Source: the human T2T-CHM13v2.0 reference genome, Homo sapiens
Direction: 5' to 3' (one strand)
Length of the DNA stretch: 64,000 nucleotides
Assembly: GCF_009914755.1 (NCBI RefSeq)
Contig: NC_060931.1
In this document: in pieces, positions 14,690-29,300 of the stretch
How positions within the stretch are numbered: position 1 is the stretch's first letter
Layout of the letters: each line of letters begins with the position of its first letter
Notes under the pieces: generated by a model
Databases searched by the model: none
What the model was told of the DNA's origin: nothing
What the model saw: the letters and a program-made list of their open reading frames with translations, nothing else
Program-made: the position numbers and the translations under genes

Positions 14690-16704
14690 TTTAAACTGTG
14701 GCTATTTAAAAGTGTAGATATACATGCACAAATTCTAAAGAGAGATGGTAGGCAGGTAAAAATGTCTGAGGTTCACTGGCTTAAAAAAATCAGTATAAAA
14801 CTACAGAGATGGATATTTCTGGGGGAAATTTGAAAAGACAGATTCAACAGCTATACCGATCCATCACTCAAATTGTGTTTGTTGGGTATTTACTTTGTAT
14901 TACCATAGTGCTGGACATCAAAAAGGTATGGACAAATAAAGCCGAAGCATTTAAGTTGTGATTGGAGATACAGCTTGACAGTATATTTATAGATACAGAC
15001 CTTCAGTTAGTAGAACAGACCTTGAATATACTGAAAACTCACAATATCATTTACAGGTAGGGAAACTGAAGTTCAGAAAGGTGAAGTGATTTTAAGGTCA
15101 CATAGCCACTAAGTAGCAGTGCTAAACGCAAAGCCTTGGACCCTTCACTCATCAGTTTCATGTTCTTTCTCTGCTCCTCTGAGGAGTTCAGACTCTCTTG
15201 TCAATGGATAAATACCAAGAATCCCATGGATTTGACGGCAAAACTATAAAGTCTGGATTGGCAGAGTCTGATGATCTCTGTGTGCTGCTCAGATTTCTTT
15301 CTTTATCAATAAACAATCATCAGGCGGGGTGGTTAAGTAAACCAGAGAACACTGGGCAGAGAGTACAAATGAATGTGTAGGTCTTTATTCATTTAGAGGG
15401 AAGTGTGGCTACAACATGCTGTGAAGTGAAGAAAAGTCATGAATAATTATATATGGCATAAGCTCCTTCATATAAATTGTGGACTTCAGGAGTTTGCACA
15501 TGCAAGAGAAGTGCATGGAGACACGTCCAACAAGCTGTTGCAAGTTGTTATCTCTGTGTGGTGAAACCTGGGCATTATTTTATATCAAGTATAATTTTTA
15601 AGGAATTAATATAGTTATTTTAAAAGCACGTCCATATGTAAATAAACAATAATGCAGGACAAGAATAAAAATAAGGCCTATAGCAAAGAGTGTTAGGAAT
15701 TAGATGCAAGTAGGGAGGAAAAAATTTACGCAATTAACAGAGTGACCACATGGTGTTCACATTAGATTTTTATCCCCAAATTAAAGGGGTCTGATAATCC
15801 CTTTATTTCCAAGTTCACTCAACTGATCTGCAAAGACTGTAATTAGAAAATATTTTCCTGCACACACAGCAGATAAAAGGGAAGCTGGAACCATAGAATG
15901 TAGTGGCCTATCAGACCCTAATAGGAGAAGTTGAGGAGGGGCAGAGGTTGAATGAACTCTACCTAAGCAATTATTTGAGATCATAGTAAATCTAATGGCA
16001 GTGGGCTTCAGTCTTCTCTACTGGGCTGGAGGTATCAGGACTAAGACCTCGATTGGGCAGTAGTTGCAAATGGGAAATGAGATTTGGAGAATGACTGCTG
16101 ACCAGTTCCTGGACTCCCCTTCCTGGAGCTCCCCAATTTGGGGCTTACCAGTGTGTATCACCTTTCTCAAAACCCATAAAGTGGCTGCTCCCTGTGCCAT
16201 GTCCTCCCAGGTTCTCATCTATGCCCTCTGATTCCAACCCATGCACTGTTGTCTCCTGAACCTCTGGCCACCCACTACTCCACCCTAACTTCCAGGGGGC
16301 ACACCATGGCATAAAAGACACTATTATTTGAATCAAACTTTATAGATCCCAAATGAATTCACATATGATCTCAGTTCATCTCCAGAATGATCAGCTAAGC
16401 AAGACAGAAGAAATCAGACTCTAACCACCGCTTAACACTTTCTCCCATCCACTTTCCTACACTTTTGCTCTCTTGCTCTTAGCTCCCATCTTTTCCCAAC
16501 AACCTACAACAGTTTCCACTTTCCCACTAGCAGCAGCTTACTTAAACCTAGTCTTCTGGGCGGGGTATCTGTTTTCTTTTTTAAACTCCTATCAAAAGAT
16601 GTCCCAGTTGAGACTCATCAGCAAATTCTAGGGCATTAGACCCCAGGGTCAATAATGGTAAACCTTCTCGAATCATTTGCAACCCTGGTGTAAACAGCAG
16701 GTAT

Positions 16705-16955
16705 GGGAGGCAACACAGCAAAGTGGTGAGGAGCTCAGGCTCCAAGTCAGATTGCCTGGATTTGAAGTAAAGTTCTTCCAGTTCCTAGTTAATCAGGAAA
16801 CTCTATGCTTCATTTTCCTCATAGGTAAAGTGGAGATGATATCAGTATCCACCTCATAGGCATATTAAGAGAATTAAATGAGCCAATACATGTGATATGC
16901 TTAGAAAAATGCCTGGCACATTGTCAGTGCTCAATAGATTTTAGCTATTATCATT
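16705..16955 (+). mobile_element. MIR SINE
   Basis: Near full length: gtcagattgcctggatttgaa...cacctcatagg...gcctggcacattgtcagtgctcaataga. Confidence 0.8.
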
Positions 16956-17580
16956 ATAATAATTATTCTGAAAATCGTTCTCCTAGATAAGGTTCTACCT
17001 AATAATCAACAGCATTTGCTGCTTCTGCCAGATATTGGAAAATGTTTAGAGCACATGAAGGAACCTCCCTAAACATTTCTGACAAGGTGCTGGGCTACCT
17101 CTGGGGGGAGATTGTCTAGCTTGGCTGGTGGCATGACATTTTACACTTCTGGGTGCTCTCCCACCTAGTATTTTAAAAGGCCAACTAAAAACATGAAAAC
17201 AGACAGCTAGAACATGGGGGAGTCGGGGGAAGTGCATAGAGATTAAATGAAAGCCAAGTAATTCAATTTCATACCTTTATGTCAAAATATATTAGTGTCC
17301 CATTAATGGCTGACTGAAGGTAGAGGATGACAAAGCTGTTCTTTGGAGTCTGGGGAATAGCACTGCCATTAGTTTGCTAAATTTAAATTTTGTCTGGGAA
17401 GTTAGTAGAGCAAAGAAGAGACAAACATCCTGGGTAAAAATAAATTTGCCTTCCTGCCAACATCTGCCACAAGATACTGCCATACTGATTAGGCTCTGGA
17501 TCAGGGGTTCTAAACCCGGCTTCCATGGAACATCTCAAACTCCCTAGAAGGGATTTAGCAGTCTGTGAATTCCCTTTCCT

Positions 17581-17646
17581 ATTGGGGTAGTGACCTAAAC
17601 CTGTCGCCTTCTCACTAAGCCGACAGGTTTAGGTCACTACCCCAAT
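17581..17646. repeat. Near-perfect inverted repeat (26-bp perfect arms)
   Basis: 17581-17606 attggggtagtgacctaaacctgtcg is the exact reverse complement of 17621-17646. Confidence 0.98.
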
Positions 17647-20400
17647 TCTCTGCAACACTGTGATTGAGATCCTTATGCAGAATGGAAGTTCGTGGCTCTG
17701 GACTTAATTCCCAAATGTCTCCCATGAACACTTTCTCAAGAACCATAATAAGAGCACTTGTTGAATCACTCAGATGGGTTTCCAGTAACCTCCATGCCAC
17801 AGCTTCCCTTATCCATGTTATACACACCTTTTACCCTGAGATGTTGGAAGGGAGGTAGACTGACTTTCCATTAAGACAACTCCCTGAACACTCACTGCTA
17901 TTCAATTTACACTTAATCTTGCTATTCTCTGCTCTCCTGTAGATGTTGCCAATAGCTTCTTTTTCAATTGTTCCCATGTAGAATTTCAATCCATCAGAGT
18001 CGTATTCCTCCCTAGTGCCCTCAAACGTCTTCCTCCTTTTGATCAATTTCTTTAGTATACACTATTCCTCTCGGACTGATAAGAGACGCCTCTCATCCAA
18101 TCTCCCACCCAGGCCTAATCTCTTTATGGATAAAGTGGATGGGCTGAGCGTTTTGGTTCTCCAGGGTCACTTTTAAACCACGGACTCCATTAACTCATTC
18201 TGTCACTGGAAACATGAATTATATAGGAGTGATATCCGTTAATATTAAGACATGATAGCAAGTGGATAAAGCAAGACGTATGGTCAAAAAATTTAGTTCC
18301 AATCTAAATGGTCAGAACGCTAAAGTTACCTTCTTTAAACCATTTTGTGATCTGAAAATGGGACTGATAATAGAAATGTAGTGAGCACTAAATGAGACAT
18401 ATATAAGGCAGTTAGCACCTTCCTGGCAAATAATAAGTGGTCAAAAATAATAATAGTTGTTGTTACTATTATTATCGCCCTAGCGCTTCTGCAATTTCCA
18501 TAAGCCTTATATTGTTTATTCAGTCCTAGATAATAATATCATAGCTGAAGCCAGAGTTGCAGCTCTAATTAGCACTTAGTAGACAGGAAACCTTAGCAGA
18601 ATGGGCATCCGTCAACATCAGTAGGGATACAAGATTCAGTGGAATGTCGCTATCCACAGTCTTTTGGACAATAATGCAAGTAGGGATGGTGAATGTTTGC
18701 AAGTTTTTTTTTACTTTTTAAAGATATTATGAATATAAATCTTAACTCATGTTGAGACAAGATCCTTAAAGTTATGTAATCATTCTACATTTTGTACCTT
18801 ATAAATATCCTGTTTTCATTAACATTTCTTAGTTCAGTGTAAGGCTTGCCCCTTGTAACACGCACTATGTAGAAACATTGATTTTTATAAATAATTGTAA
18901 TTCAACCAGGCATTTGCTACTCATATAGAGTTGTTTTTCTTTTATGAGACAGAAAAGCATAACTCTGTCTGCCTTTCACCCTTTAGCCCTGATTTAATAG
19001 TAATAATGAATTGCCTTAACTTCTTTCAAGCAATTCTACCTGATCATAATCTAGATATAATAAAATTTGTTTCTAACTAATCTAATAGAATTCATTTGAA
19101 CTGGCTCGTTTTATAAATAGAGTTTTATTAAAATATGAATTTATAGTGTGAATTCACAGTGTGAAAGGCTATGAATTCACACTATGAATCTCTTCCTCCT
19201 CTTTGCAGCTCCAGCAGCTAGAACAATGCCTGGTCCATGTTGCTTACAATAAATGTTTTTGAACAAATGAGTAAATGAATGCAAGGAAATCAAATTCCTC
19301 TGCAACTGTACATGGTTCTGATGCTATAGCACAGCTTGGCATTGGAGCATTTCTGAGCTGCTTTCTAGCAGCTTTTCCCTTTGTGAAAAAGTCATAACTG
19401 ATTTGGTCATCCATTTCTGTTCTTTGACCTCTGGATCAGGAAATAAATCCATGTTGAATTATGTTCCCACTTTTTATCTCCAGTAGAATCTACACAAATA
19501 AAAAGACAGAAGAACCTACAAATGGTAGATGTCCCCATCAAAAAAGTAAGTAAACCTTTTCTGAACTACCTGTTCTTCAATTAAATAATGCCTCGGAAAT
19601 CTGAAACACATTGTACAGAAGTTTTTGATTCTTAAACCAAGCATAAACCAAAATCACATTAGCAGCAATCAGTCATGCACTCCCACTGCCCAACATGTTT
19701 TCCTGGAGAAAGTACCTTCAGAGGTTATTAATTCTTTTTTGATGGAAGTTGAGTAAGTTCTCAGTCTCTAAGACATCCATTTGTGAGGAGGTAATAGGAT
19801 ATGTTACAGCTTACAAATTATTTGAGGCAGCTATTCTTCCAGCCCTTCTTATAAGATCATCATGGAAGCATTATAGAGTCAAAAGCAATCTTCGATCTCA
19901 TCTAATTCAGTATTTGCTATTCCATCTAATTCTATACGCCCCTATGACTGCATCTTCAAGTGGCTATTCTAAGTCTCTGCTTGATCCTCACCAAGCAGTA
20001 AGATGCTAATGGAAGTGGCTTAGTCTTTGTTCAGGCTACCTTAATCATTTGCAAATTCTCCCTGCAGTCTAAATTTTCCTCTCTGCAGTCTCTATTTATT
20101 AGCCCATCTACCACCATTTTTAGGGAATTGGCTTTTAAGTTACAAAAATAATCAGTCACATGGACTAATGTCAAAAGAGTGCAAACATTAACCACCAAAG
20201 CTAGATGCATATCAAAGAAATATTTGCTGCCTTGATGGCTAACATATTGCAAACAGACTATAAGCATCAAATGTCAATAAATTTTTATGACATTGGCTGA
20301 AACAGAAATTATTTTTTAAATTTTCTGGAGATCTTCAAAGTCACATTGTAATTAAAATTTTAAAGCCTCCATGGAAATTTGTAATAAATTTCTGTGCTTA

Positions 20401-20560
20401 GGGGAGCGTGAATGATGAGAAATTACTTAATGGGTACAACATATGCTATTTTGGTGATAGATACCCTAAAAGGCCTGATTCACCACTATGTAATCTACGC
20501 ATGTAACAAAATTACACTTGTACTCCACAGACTTACAAAACTTTTTAAAATAAAAAAAAT
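20401..20560 (+). mobile_element. 5'-truncated L1 3' end (L1MA/L1PB-like)
   Basis: gagaaattacttaatgggtacaac...catgtaacaaaattacacttgtac followed by an A-rich tail. Confidence 0.75.
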
Positions 20561-20583
20561 CTATGCTTTTGAGCATAGATTTT

Positions 20584-22010
<1,427 letters not shown>

Positions 22011-24235
22011 AAGCAACAAACAAGAAATAAAATCACTGATTATGCATTACATTATTGCTGTACCACCTTCAGGTATCGAGTTGAGCCTCTGGCTTGCCCC
22101 TGCTTAATACAAAAGAGAAGAATTTCTACTCATTACTAGATATTATTGCAAATTTAAGTCTTACGAAGATGCCGTCTTCTGCCCTGATATTGGTGAACTG
22201 GCAACTAGAGATGACAACCTTTAAAAAAGTATTTTAAGGTAGGAATTTTAGACTTTAAGTTCCCACATACACTCTTTGTACATTCTTTCATGCTTAAGGA
22301 GTATAAAACTTGGACAAATATCCTAATAAAAGGCAAAGGAGAAGTAAGTACCACAGGAAATAGAAACAAATGGAAATTAGACATAGAGGTAACATGCATT
22401 CTCATAGAAGAATTCTGCAAATTCCAACTGTTGAGATGAAGAAAAATTAAGAACTGTTGGAATGGGAACAAGTAAAAACTCAAGCCCTGTCTTTCATCAC
22501 ATCAGGCCAAAATCATTTCCACTTTAAGAAGTAAATCCATGTAATGAAGGTTTCCTTGTTATTAAAAATGATTAAAGATTCTATCACAAAACACTAACAT
22601 GAGTTACTTTTAATACCATAGCCTGCAATCAATGGTACTAAATGGAATTCTCACAGCATGGAGAATTCTTTTACTGTCAGTTGGAGGGAGGACCATTCAT
22701 CACTATACTTAGTGGAGCAAGGAGCAGTTGGGCTTGAACCAATGAGACATAAGAGGACAATGATACTCTTAAGCCATCAAAATGGATTTAGATCTCATGT
22801 GTTCAGGAAGACAGACATTTTCTGCTTCAGCTTTCAGTTTCTATGTATCAGAGGGATCTCTTAAACTTAATTGTTATTTAAAATGCTAAAAATCTTCCCC
22901 AGGATTTGCAATCACAAACAGTTGTATTTTCCTGTTCTTATTTGCAACCGATAAATTCACTTTCGTTGCTAAAAAAGGGTGTGGATGAAGTGTTATGATT
23001 TGCGTATTTTAAAAATGTCATTTCACAGAAGAAAACACTTGTGGTCTTTCATACCAACCATGAAGAACACTGAAACTAGGCTTCTAACTACTGGTATAGT
23101 TGCTAACCCTCTAGTAACTCTAAGCACTTTAACGAATTAATTAGTGATATTTGAGTGTCTATGTGTAACTTTAAAACAGCATTTTAACCAAAATAGACTA
23201 CACATAATCTTTAAATATTGAACACATTTCATCTACAAACCAATAGAAAAAAAAAATCAAAGATTCAGAATGTGTTATAAATAAAAATATCAAAAAAAAC
23301 AGTAGCCAAAATTCATGAAGCAATGATGAAGTGAAAACAGATATTGCTATCTTAAAATGGGGAAATCACATAACCCAATTATGTATAGAAAGAATGGAAT
23401 GTATGAGCTACAGGACGCATTACTACTGAAAAGCTACTCTACAGATTGTGTGGTAGTAGATCTGCATTTCTAGGAAACAGGCTCAGTCAAGGGAAGAGCA
23501 TGTTTTGTTTTTATAATGGAAATAAAAAGTAAGGATTGACCTGACAATAAGCGGCATTACATAAAAGGCATTTTCTTAAATGGTTTTAGCCCTTCACATA
23601 AAACATTTTATGAAACAATGTATATACTCTCCTAAAATCTGAGTATCAGAGAAAAAATTATTGCAGAATTGTTTGTTTTTCTTCATTAGTAGGTAATTAA
23701 TATTTTACCTGGACAGGTTGACAATTGCTTGCCAAGGTCCTCAATCCTCAGTGGGGAGCTACATTTGGCTCTGGAAAGAGATATAGATGGCCCCATATTT
23801 CTGTTCATCAATCTACAGTTGGTGGGAACTTCAGCTCCTATTAGTAGCTCAGATGTGTTCCCACCAGCCCAAGGTTTCTTGTCGGAAATCCAAGAAGGAA
23901 TAATTGAGAGTCCTCTAAACCTGACCCTCCCGCTTTCCCAATTCAGCCCATTTAGCCAACTGGGAGGAAACCTTTCATTTCCCTTCTCTAATTCCTGATC
24001 CAATGACTGAGGGATTTTATAAACTGCTCTTATTTCTTGGAAACATTCTTCTTGTCTTTGTAAAAATGACAGAATAAAGACATTTCTAGAACAGAACTTA
24101 AAAGAATCACACAATAATTATATCAATATAACAATTATTCATCAACAAAAATAACTTTTACAAAATTTGATAGCAAGGTTGAGAAAAAGAGTTCCCTAGA
24201 ATATACTTTAATGGGTGGACTAATGGGTCAGTTGG

Positions 24236-24510
24236 GGCCAGGTGCAGTGGCACCTGTAATTTCAGCATTTTGGGAGGATCACTTGAATTCAGGAGTTTGA
24301 GACTACCCTGAAAACATAGTGAGATCATCTCTAAAAACTTTTTTTTAAATAAATAAATAAGCACGGTGGCATGCAACTGTTGTCCTAGCTACTCAGGAGG
24401 CTGAGGCGGGAGGATCACTTGAACTCAGGAGTTCAAGATTGCAATCAACTATAATAGTGCCACTACACTTCAGCCTAGCCACAGAGTGAGACCCTGTCTC
24501 AGAAAAAAAT
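24236..24510 (+). mobile_element. AluJ
   Basis: Diverged dimer with ggaggatcacttgaa in both arms. Confidence 0.88.
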
Positions 24511-25983
24511 GAAAGTAAATATATAAAATAAATTACTTGGATGAAGGAGAAACAAACACAAAATAGTTAGATATTTTGATGCTACAAATACTAAAAAGAA
24601 AACAATGAAAAAGAAAGAAAATAATGGTTTTATTGATAATATCATAATAGAATGTGAAAATAATTTGGAGTGCCTTTGCTTGTTCCATTTCTTTCTCTCC
24701 TTTCACTTACCACATTAAAGTAAATCAAGTCTCTATTAAAGGCAGCAAACCAATGTATTTATAAGACAAGAGCTTTTACTCAAGAAAACATACTTGTTTT
24801 ACTTTTCCTGGACAACAAAATAACATCAAGCCAAATGACATAATCACGTCCCAATTAGAGGACATAGCCACCTTTCTTAAGAGCAGTAAGGTCTAAGTGA
24901 TTACTTTTTCAAAATAAATACAACTATAGGTCTTTATAATATATTATAAGACTGAAAGGCTTTGGCCTTTTCCTTCCATTTGTGATTCTTCCAATGGTAC
25001 TTTCATTTTATTTTATTTATCTTTTTTCTTAATTTTTATAATGGCCCAAGATGAAAAGTATTTCTATTTCAGTCAAATACCTGAGCTATAACTTTGGAAC
25101 TTGGTGAATCATGTATAGAACTTCATTTTCTGACACAAAATGTGATGTGTTCTAGGGATTAATTAAATGTAGCATCAACGAGTACTTTCTTTTTATGCCT
25201 TTTAAAATGTACTCTTTTCATTTCATGGAAGTGTTTCAGGGTGTTATGAGAGACCAGCAAAACTCAGTGGAATTGGTATAATTAAATTGAAGCCCTCCTA
25301 CAAATGAAACGCACCTCACACTTCATTACCACTTCAGCAAAGTAATCCAAAATAATTGGATTATTTGGATTATTTGTTTGGAACGCTCAAAACGAACATC
25401 TAGGTTTCTTTGTTGATATGTCAGAGGATAATGTCAGTTCTTATTCTAGTACTGGAGTAAAAGTTGAAATGTCTCTTTTTCCTTCCTGAATGCAGTAAAT
25501 CCATTAATAACATTGCAGTTATAATGGTCGGTCCAAAAATATTTAGGTTTTTTGTTTTGCTTTGTTTTCTGGGTGGGGAGTCCATTTTTAAATAAATATT
25601 TTACTCACAAAGACTAACAAAAGTATTCCTTTTCCTTCCCGTTTATAGTCTGCATGTATTTCTGCAGATTGTTTTTACTATAATCATGCTTTAGGAATTC
25701 AGATTTGAACAAAAATTTAAAGTACATATTGTTCAACCACTTTATTTTACAGAAAGTGAATTTGGGTCCAGAGATGTCAATCACCTTATTGTATCTATAT
25801 AATTAATATGGAAAATCTGTTATGAATAATAGGGTAATGTTCTTCAGCTCTCTTTATACCCTTTAATAAAAAAATATTTTAAACAACTAAAATATTTATA
25901 TAAATAATATACACAAAGTTTAGTCTTCAGAGGGTGACACAGAAATATAACTAAAATTCAATCAAATTTATCCAGTATGATGC

Positions 25984-26365
25984 TGTTATGTACTAAGTTA
26001 TCTGTCCCCCAAATTGGTAAGTTGAAGTTCTAACCCATAGCTCTTCAGAATGTGACTGTATTTGGAAACAGGGTCTTTACAGAAGTAATTAAGTTTAAAT
26101 GAAGTTGTTAGAGTGGAGCCTAATCCAACATGACTAGTGTCTTTTATATAAAGAGGGAATTTGGACACAGACAAAGAGGGAAGACCATATGAAGACATGA
26201 GAAGACAGCATCTACAAGACAAGGAGACAGGCTTCAGAAGAAACCAACCCTGCTGACACCTTCATTCAGACTTTCAGCCTCCAGAACTGTAACGAAATAA
26301 ATTTCTGTTGTTTTAGCCACCCACTCTGTGGTACTTTGTTATGGCAGTCCTAGTAAACTCATACA
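25984..26365 (+). mobile_element. MaLR solo LTR (MLT1A/B-like)
   Basis: TG...CA ends. Contains gaatgtgactgtatttggaaacagggtcttt, aataaatttctgttg and ggtactttgttatggcag. Confidence 0.85.
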
Positions 26366-29300
26366 GGTATCTACTAAAAAGATGCACAAAAAGAACTAAC
26401 TCCTTTTGTTCTAATCCTACAACTAGTGTTTATAAAAAGATATATAATGGAAGAATGAGAGAAATCTAATTTTTAATTTTCAAAAATTTCAATCTGGCTT
26501 GGGAATCTCTGCCAATTTGATATCCCCGCCCTGGCTATTCAGACCCTAATTTTCACTTATCTATTAAAAACATAGAAAAATCTAAAAAACAAGTGTTGTA
26601 TCTGTTGGACTAATTGTATCTCTAAAGTCAGATTTCTATTTGTGAAATTTATTTTTATTTTTTAAAAATTTCATAAATGTTTCCCCCTCCTTTTCCCTGC
26701 CAAACATACCTGGCACATGTACTACCCCCAAACCTTCCTGCAAACTTTCTCCTTTACCCCCAAGTCTGACTTCTGCAAGAGCTCCCTTATTCCCTGCACA
26801 CTCAAGGCAACAAAACCCGCAGTAAATATCCGCTGCACTTTTGAAGTAACCTTTTACTGTATGAAAAGTGCTGAGTGGTAAGACTATTTCTACACCTATG
26901 AGGACATAAATAATTCACCTCTAAAAATAAATTTGAAAGCAATAAGATAGAATGTTAAATGTGGAAGGGGCCCTAAGTGTATTGCGCCTTTACATAAGTG
27001 GACTGATTGCCGAGCTCTGGGTGGACTGTTACTAATATAAGAACACAGGAACGATTCCTCCACTGTGGATGTCAGCATGACATTTCCTGATAAGCCTGTT
27101 TCTCAGTTCAAATGCCACTCCTTACGATTCTAAAAGACTTCAAATTACTTAGTGGTGCTATTTTTACCTGAAATTTGTCATTCTGAAATTTTATTATAAC
27201 AACACTTGAACTATAAACCTATGACACCAAAGATTCACACATTTGCAACACTCAGAATTGAACTGTTATTCTTCATAATCAAGTTTCTTTTAAAAGTTTA
27301 TATAATATGATTGGATTAAAATATATAAATAATAGAGATAAATATACATACATATATGCACACACAAGAAAATGACCAGAAGTGATATTGACAGCAGAGA
27401 TAAATGCCTTAAATGCTACGATGTCAACTTTATCAATGTATAGCATGCAATCATAGGCAAGTTTCCTACCATTTCTTGTTCTCTGTCTTCTCATCTAGGG
27501 AATGAGACTAGTAGCAACTGTGACCTTAGAAGTTAGTAGGGTGTTAAATTTGATCACAGAGCAAGGTGCTTAGGTACATATTATGTCTCTGACTAAATGT
27601 AAAAATCCACTTTGGTTCTTGCTAACAGGAAGGTGAGACATGAACTATGCTTACCAATGAAGAACAGGGCCCGGCCCCCCTGCCCAGTACTCAGAACCAA
27701 GGACAACGCTGTCTTGTCCCATAGCAAGTCTCATCCACCTCATGTTACAGATTTTTGGAGGGCAGATTTTCTTATGATTCTAAGATCATGCTTTGAATTC
27801 TACCATAACAGAACTTCAAAGCTGATAGGAATTCGAAGGACCAACTGCAGTTTTTAAATATCTGAAAAACTGAAATGCAAAAGGTTAATACATGGCTGAT
27901 GTTACACAGACAAATGCAGGGTTCCCCCAGATACTCAAATCAGAAGGATGTTACCATAAGGAAAGAGGGGTTGCAGAATAAGGAGGAAGACGCTCTGGCT
28001 ACAGACCCGTGGACTGCTTCCACTGCCCCTTTTCTTTGTGTCACTAGACCTCTCAGAGTGGAATGGAAGCCCAGGCAGAGTGAGGGAACTCATGGGAGAA
28101 ATTCATTTAAAAAATTCAAAACAAATTAAAAAAAAAACAACATTAACCGAGTTGCAGCCTGGGCTCTCATGGAAACTGAGAGATAAAGTGTGGAAACTGG
28201 CATGAGCTGAAGTCCAAGTAACCATTATTTCTTTTCTTTGGAATTGTCCATTGCAGATGTCTGTTTTATGGAACTAGCAGGGAAGAGTGGCATAACAAGA
28301 GGAAAGAAGGGATGACATGATGGTATGACTGAAAGTCAAGAAACTGTGCACAGTCTGAAGTGAAATTACTAGTAAGAGTACCCAAGAAATTCAGGAGCCA
28401 AGGGAGAGAGAGGAAGGAAGAAGAGACGATGGGCAAAGTTTAGCATCTTCCTTTGCTCAGAAGTTTAGAGAGCAAATAGCTTTGCTTTCCAGGTAGCCTG
28501 AAGCTAACTCTTACACTTCACTATCCGACCTTAAGATTCAGCAAATAGCATGCCTTTAAATTCTACGAATGTAGCAATTCTCTCCTGTTCTTCCAAAAAT
28601 ATGAAATGTTCTGCTTTTTTTCCCTTTTTAGAAGTACTCCCCATTCATGGAAATCCATCAGAAAATACAGAAATAAAAAAAAATTATCGATAATCCTACA
28701 ATTCAGAGATAATCACCTAGAAATACAATAATAATAATAACAAAAGCATGACCAACAAACCTAATCACACAAGTTGAAGTACTTAGGCTGTTTTGGTACC
28801 CTCGAAATTGGTTTTTGGGTCCAGGAGGTATGATTCAAAAATTATAATCCACGAATCAGAATCTGGACAGATTTCTGCCCCAGACATGAAGCACATTTCT
28901 GGAGGCTCCACTGGCCCATGAGTGCGATTCATTCTCAGACTCTCAGGAAGGTTGTGTATTAGCCACCAGCAGCTTAATTCATTGAGGCAAACCATATCTG
29001 ATGGATCATCTCAGCTGCTTTAGAGGTAAGCCTTATAGTTTACAAAGGCATGCATGTAAATTTCCACTTTGGTATCATTTTTGTTACTTCCTTAAAGAGT
29101 TAAGGTGTGGCAGAGTTTATAAAGAGAGGAAAGGAAAGGAAAGAGGGTTCTGAATAACACAAATCAAGTCTTATTTTCTAATTGTAGGACCACAACTAAG
29201 TAAACAGAATAAAGAGACCTTTCATAATATAATTATACAAACTCAAGTAAATGTTAGAACAAAAGTTTTGATGTGACTAGTTGTAGAATAGAATTACAGA

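Noticed and set aside
23686-24114. 142-aa minus ORF with acceptor-like (24056) and donor-like (23708) sites
   Set aside because: The 347-nt pseudo-exon enters in frame but would frameshift the next exon. The sites are weak (AAG, GTAAAA) and I recognise no homology.
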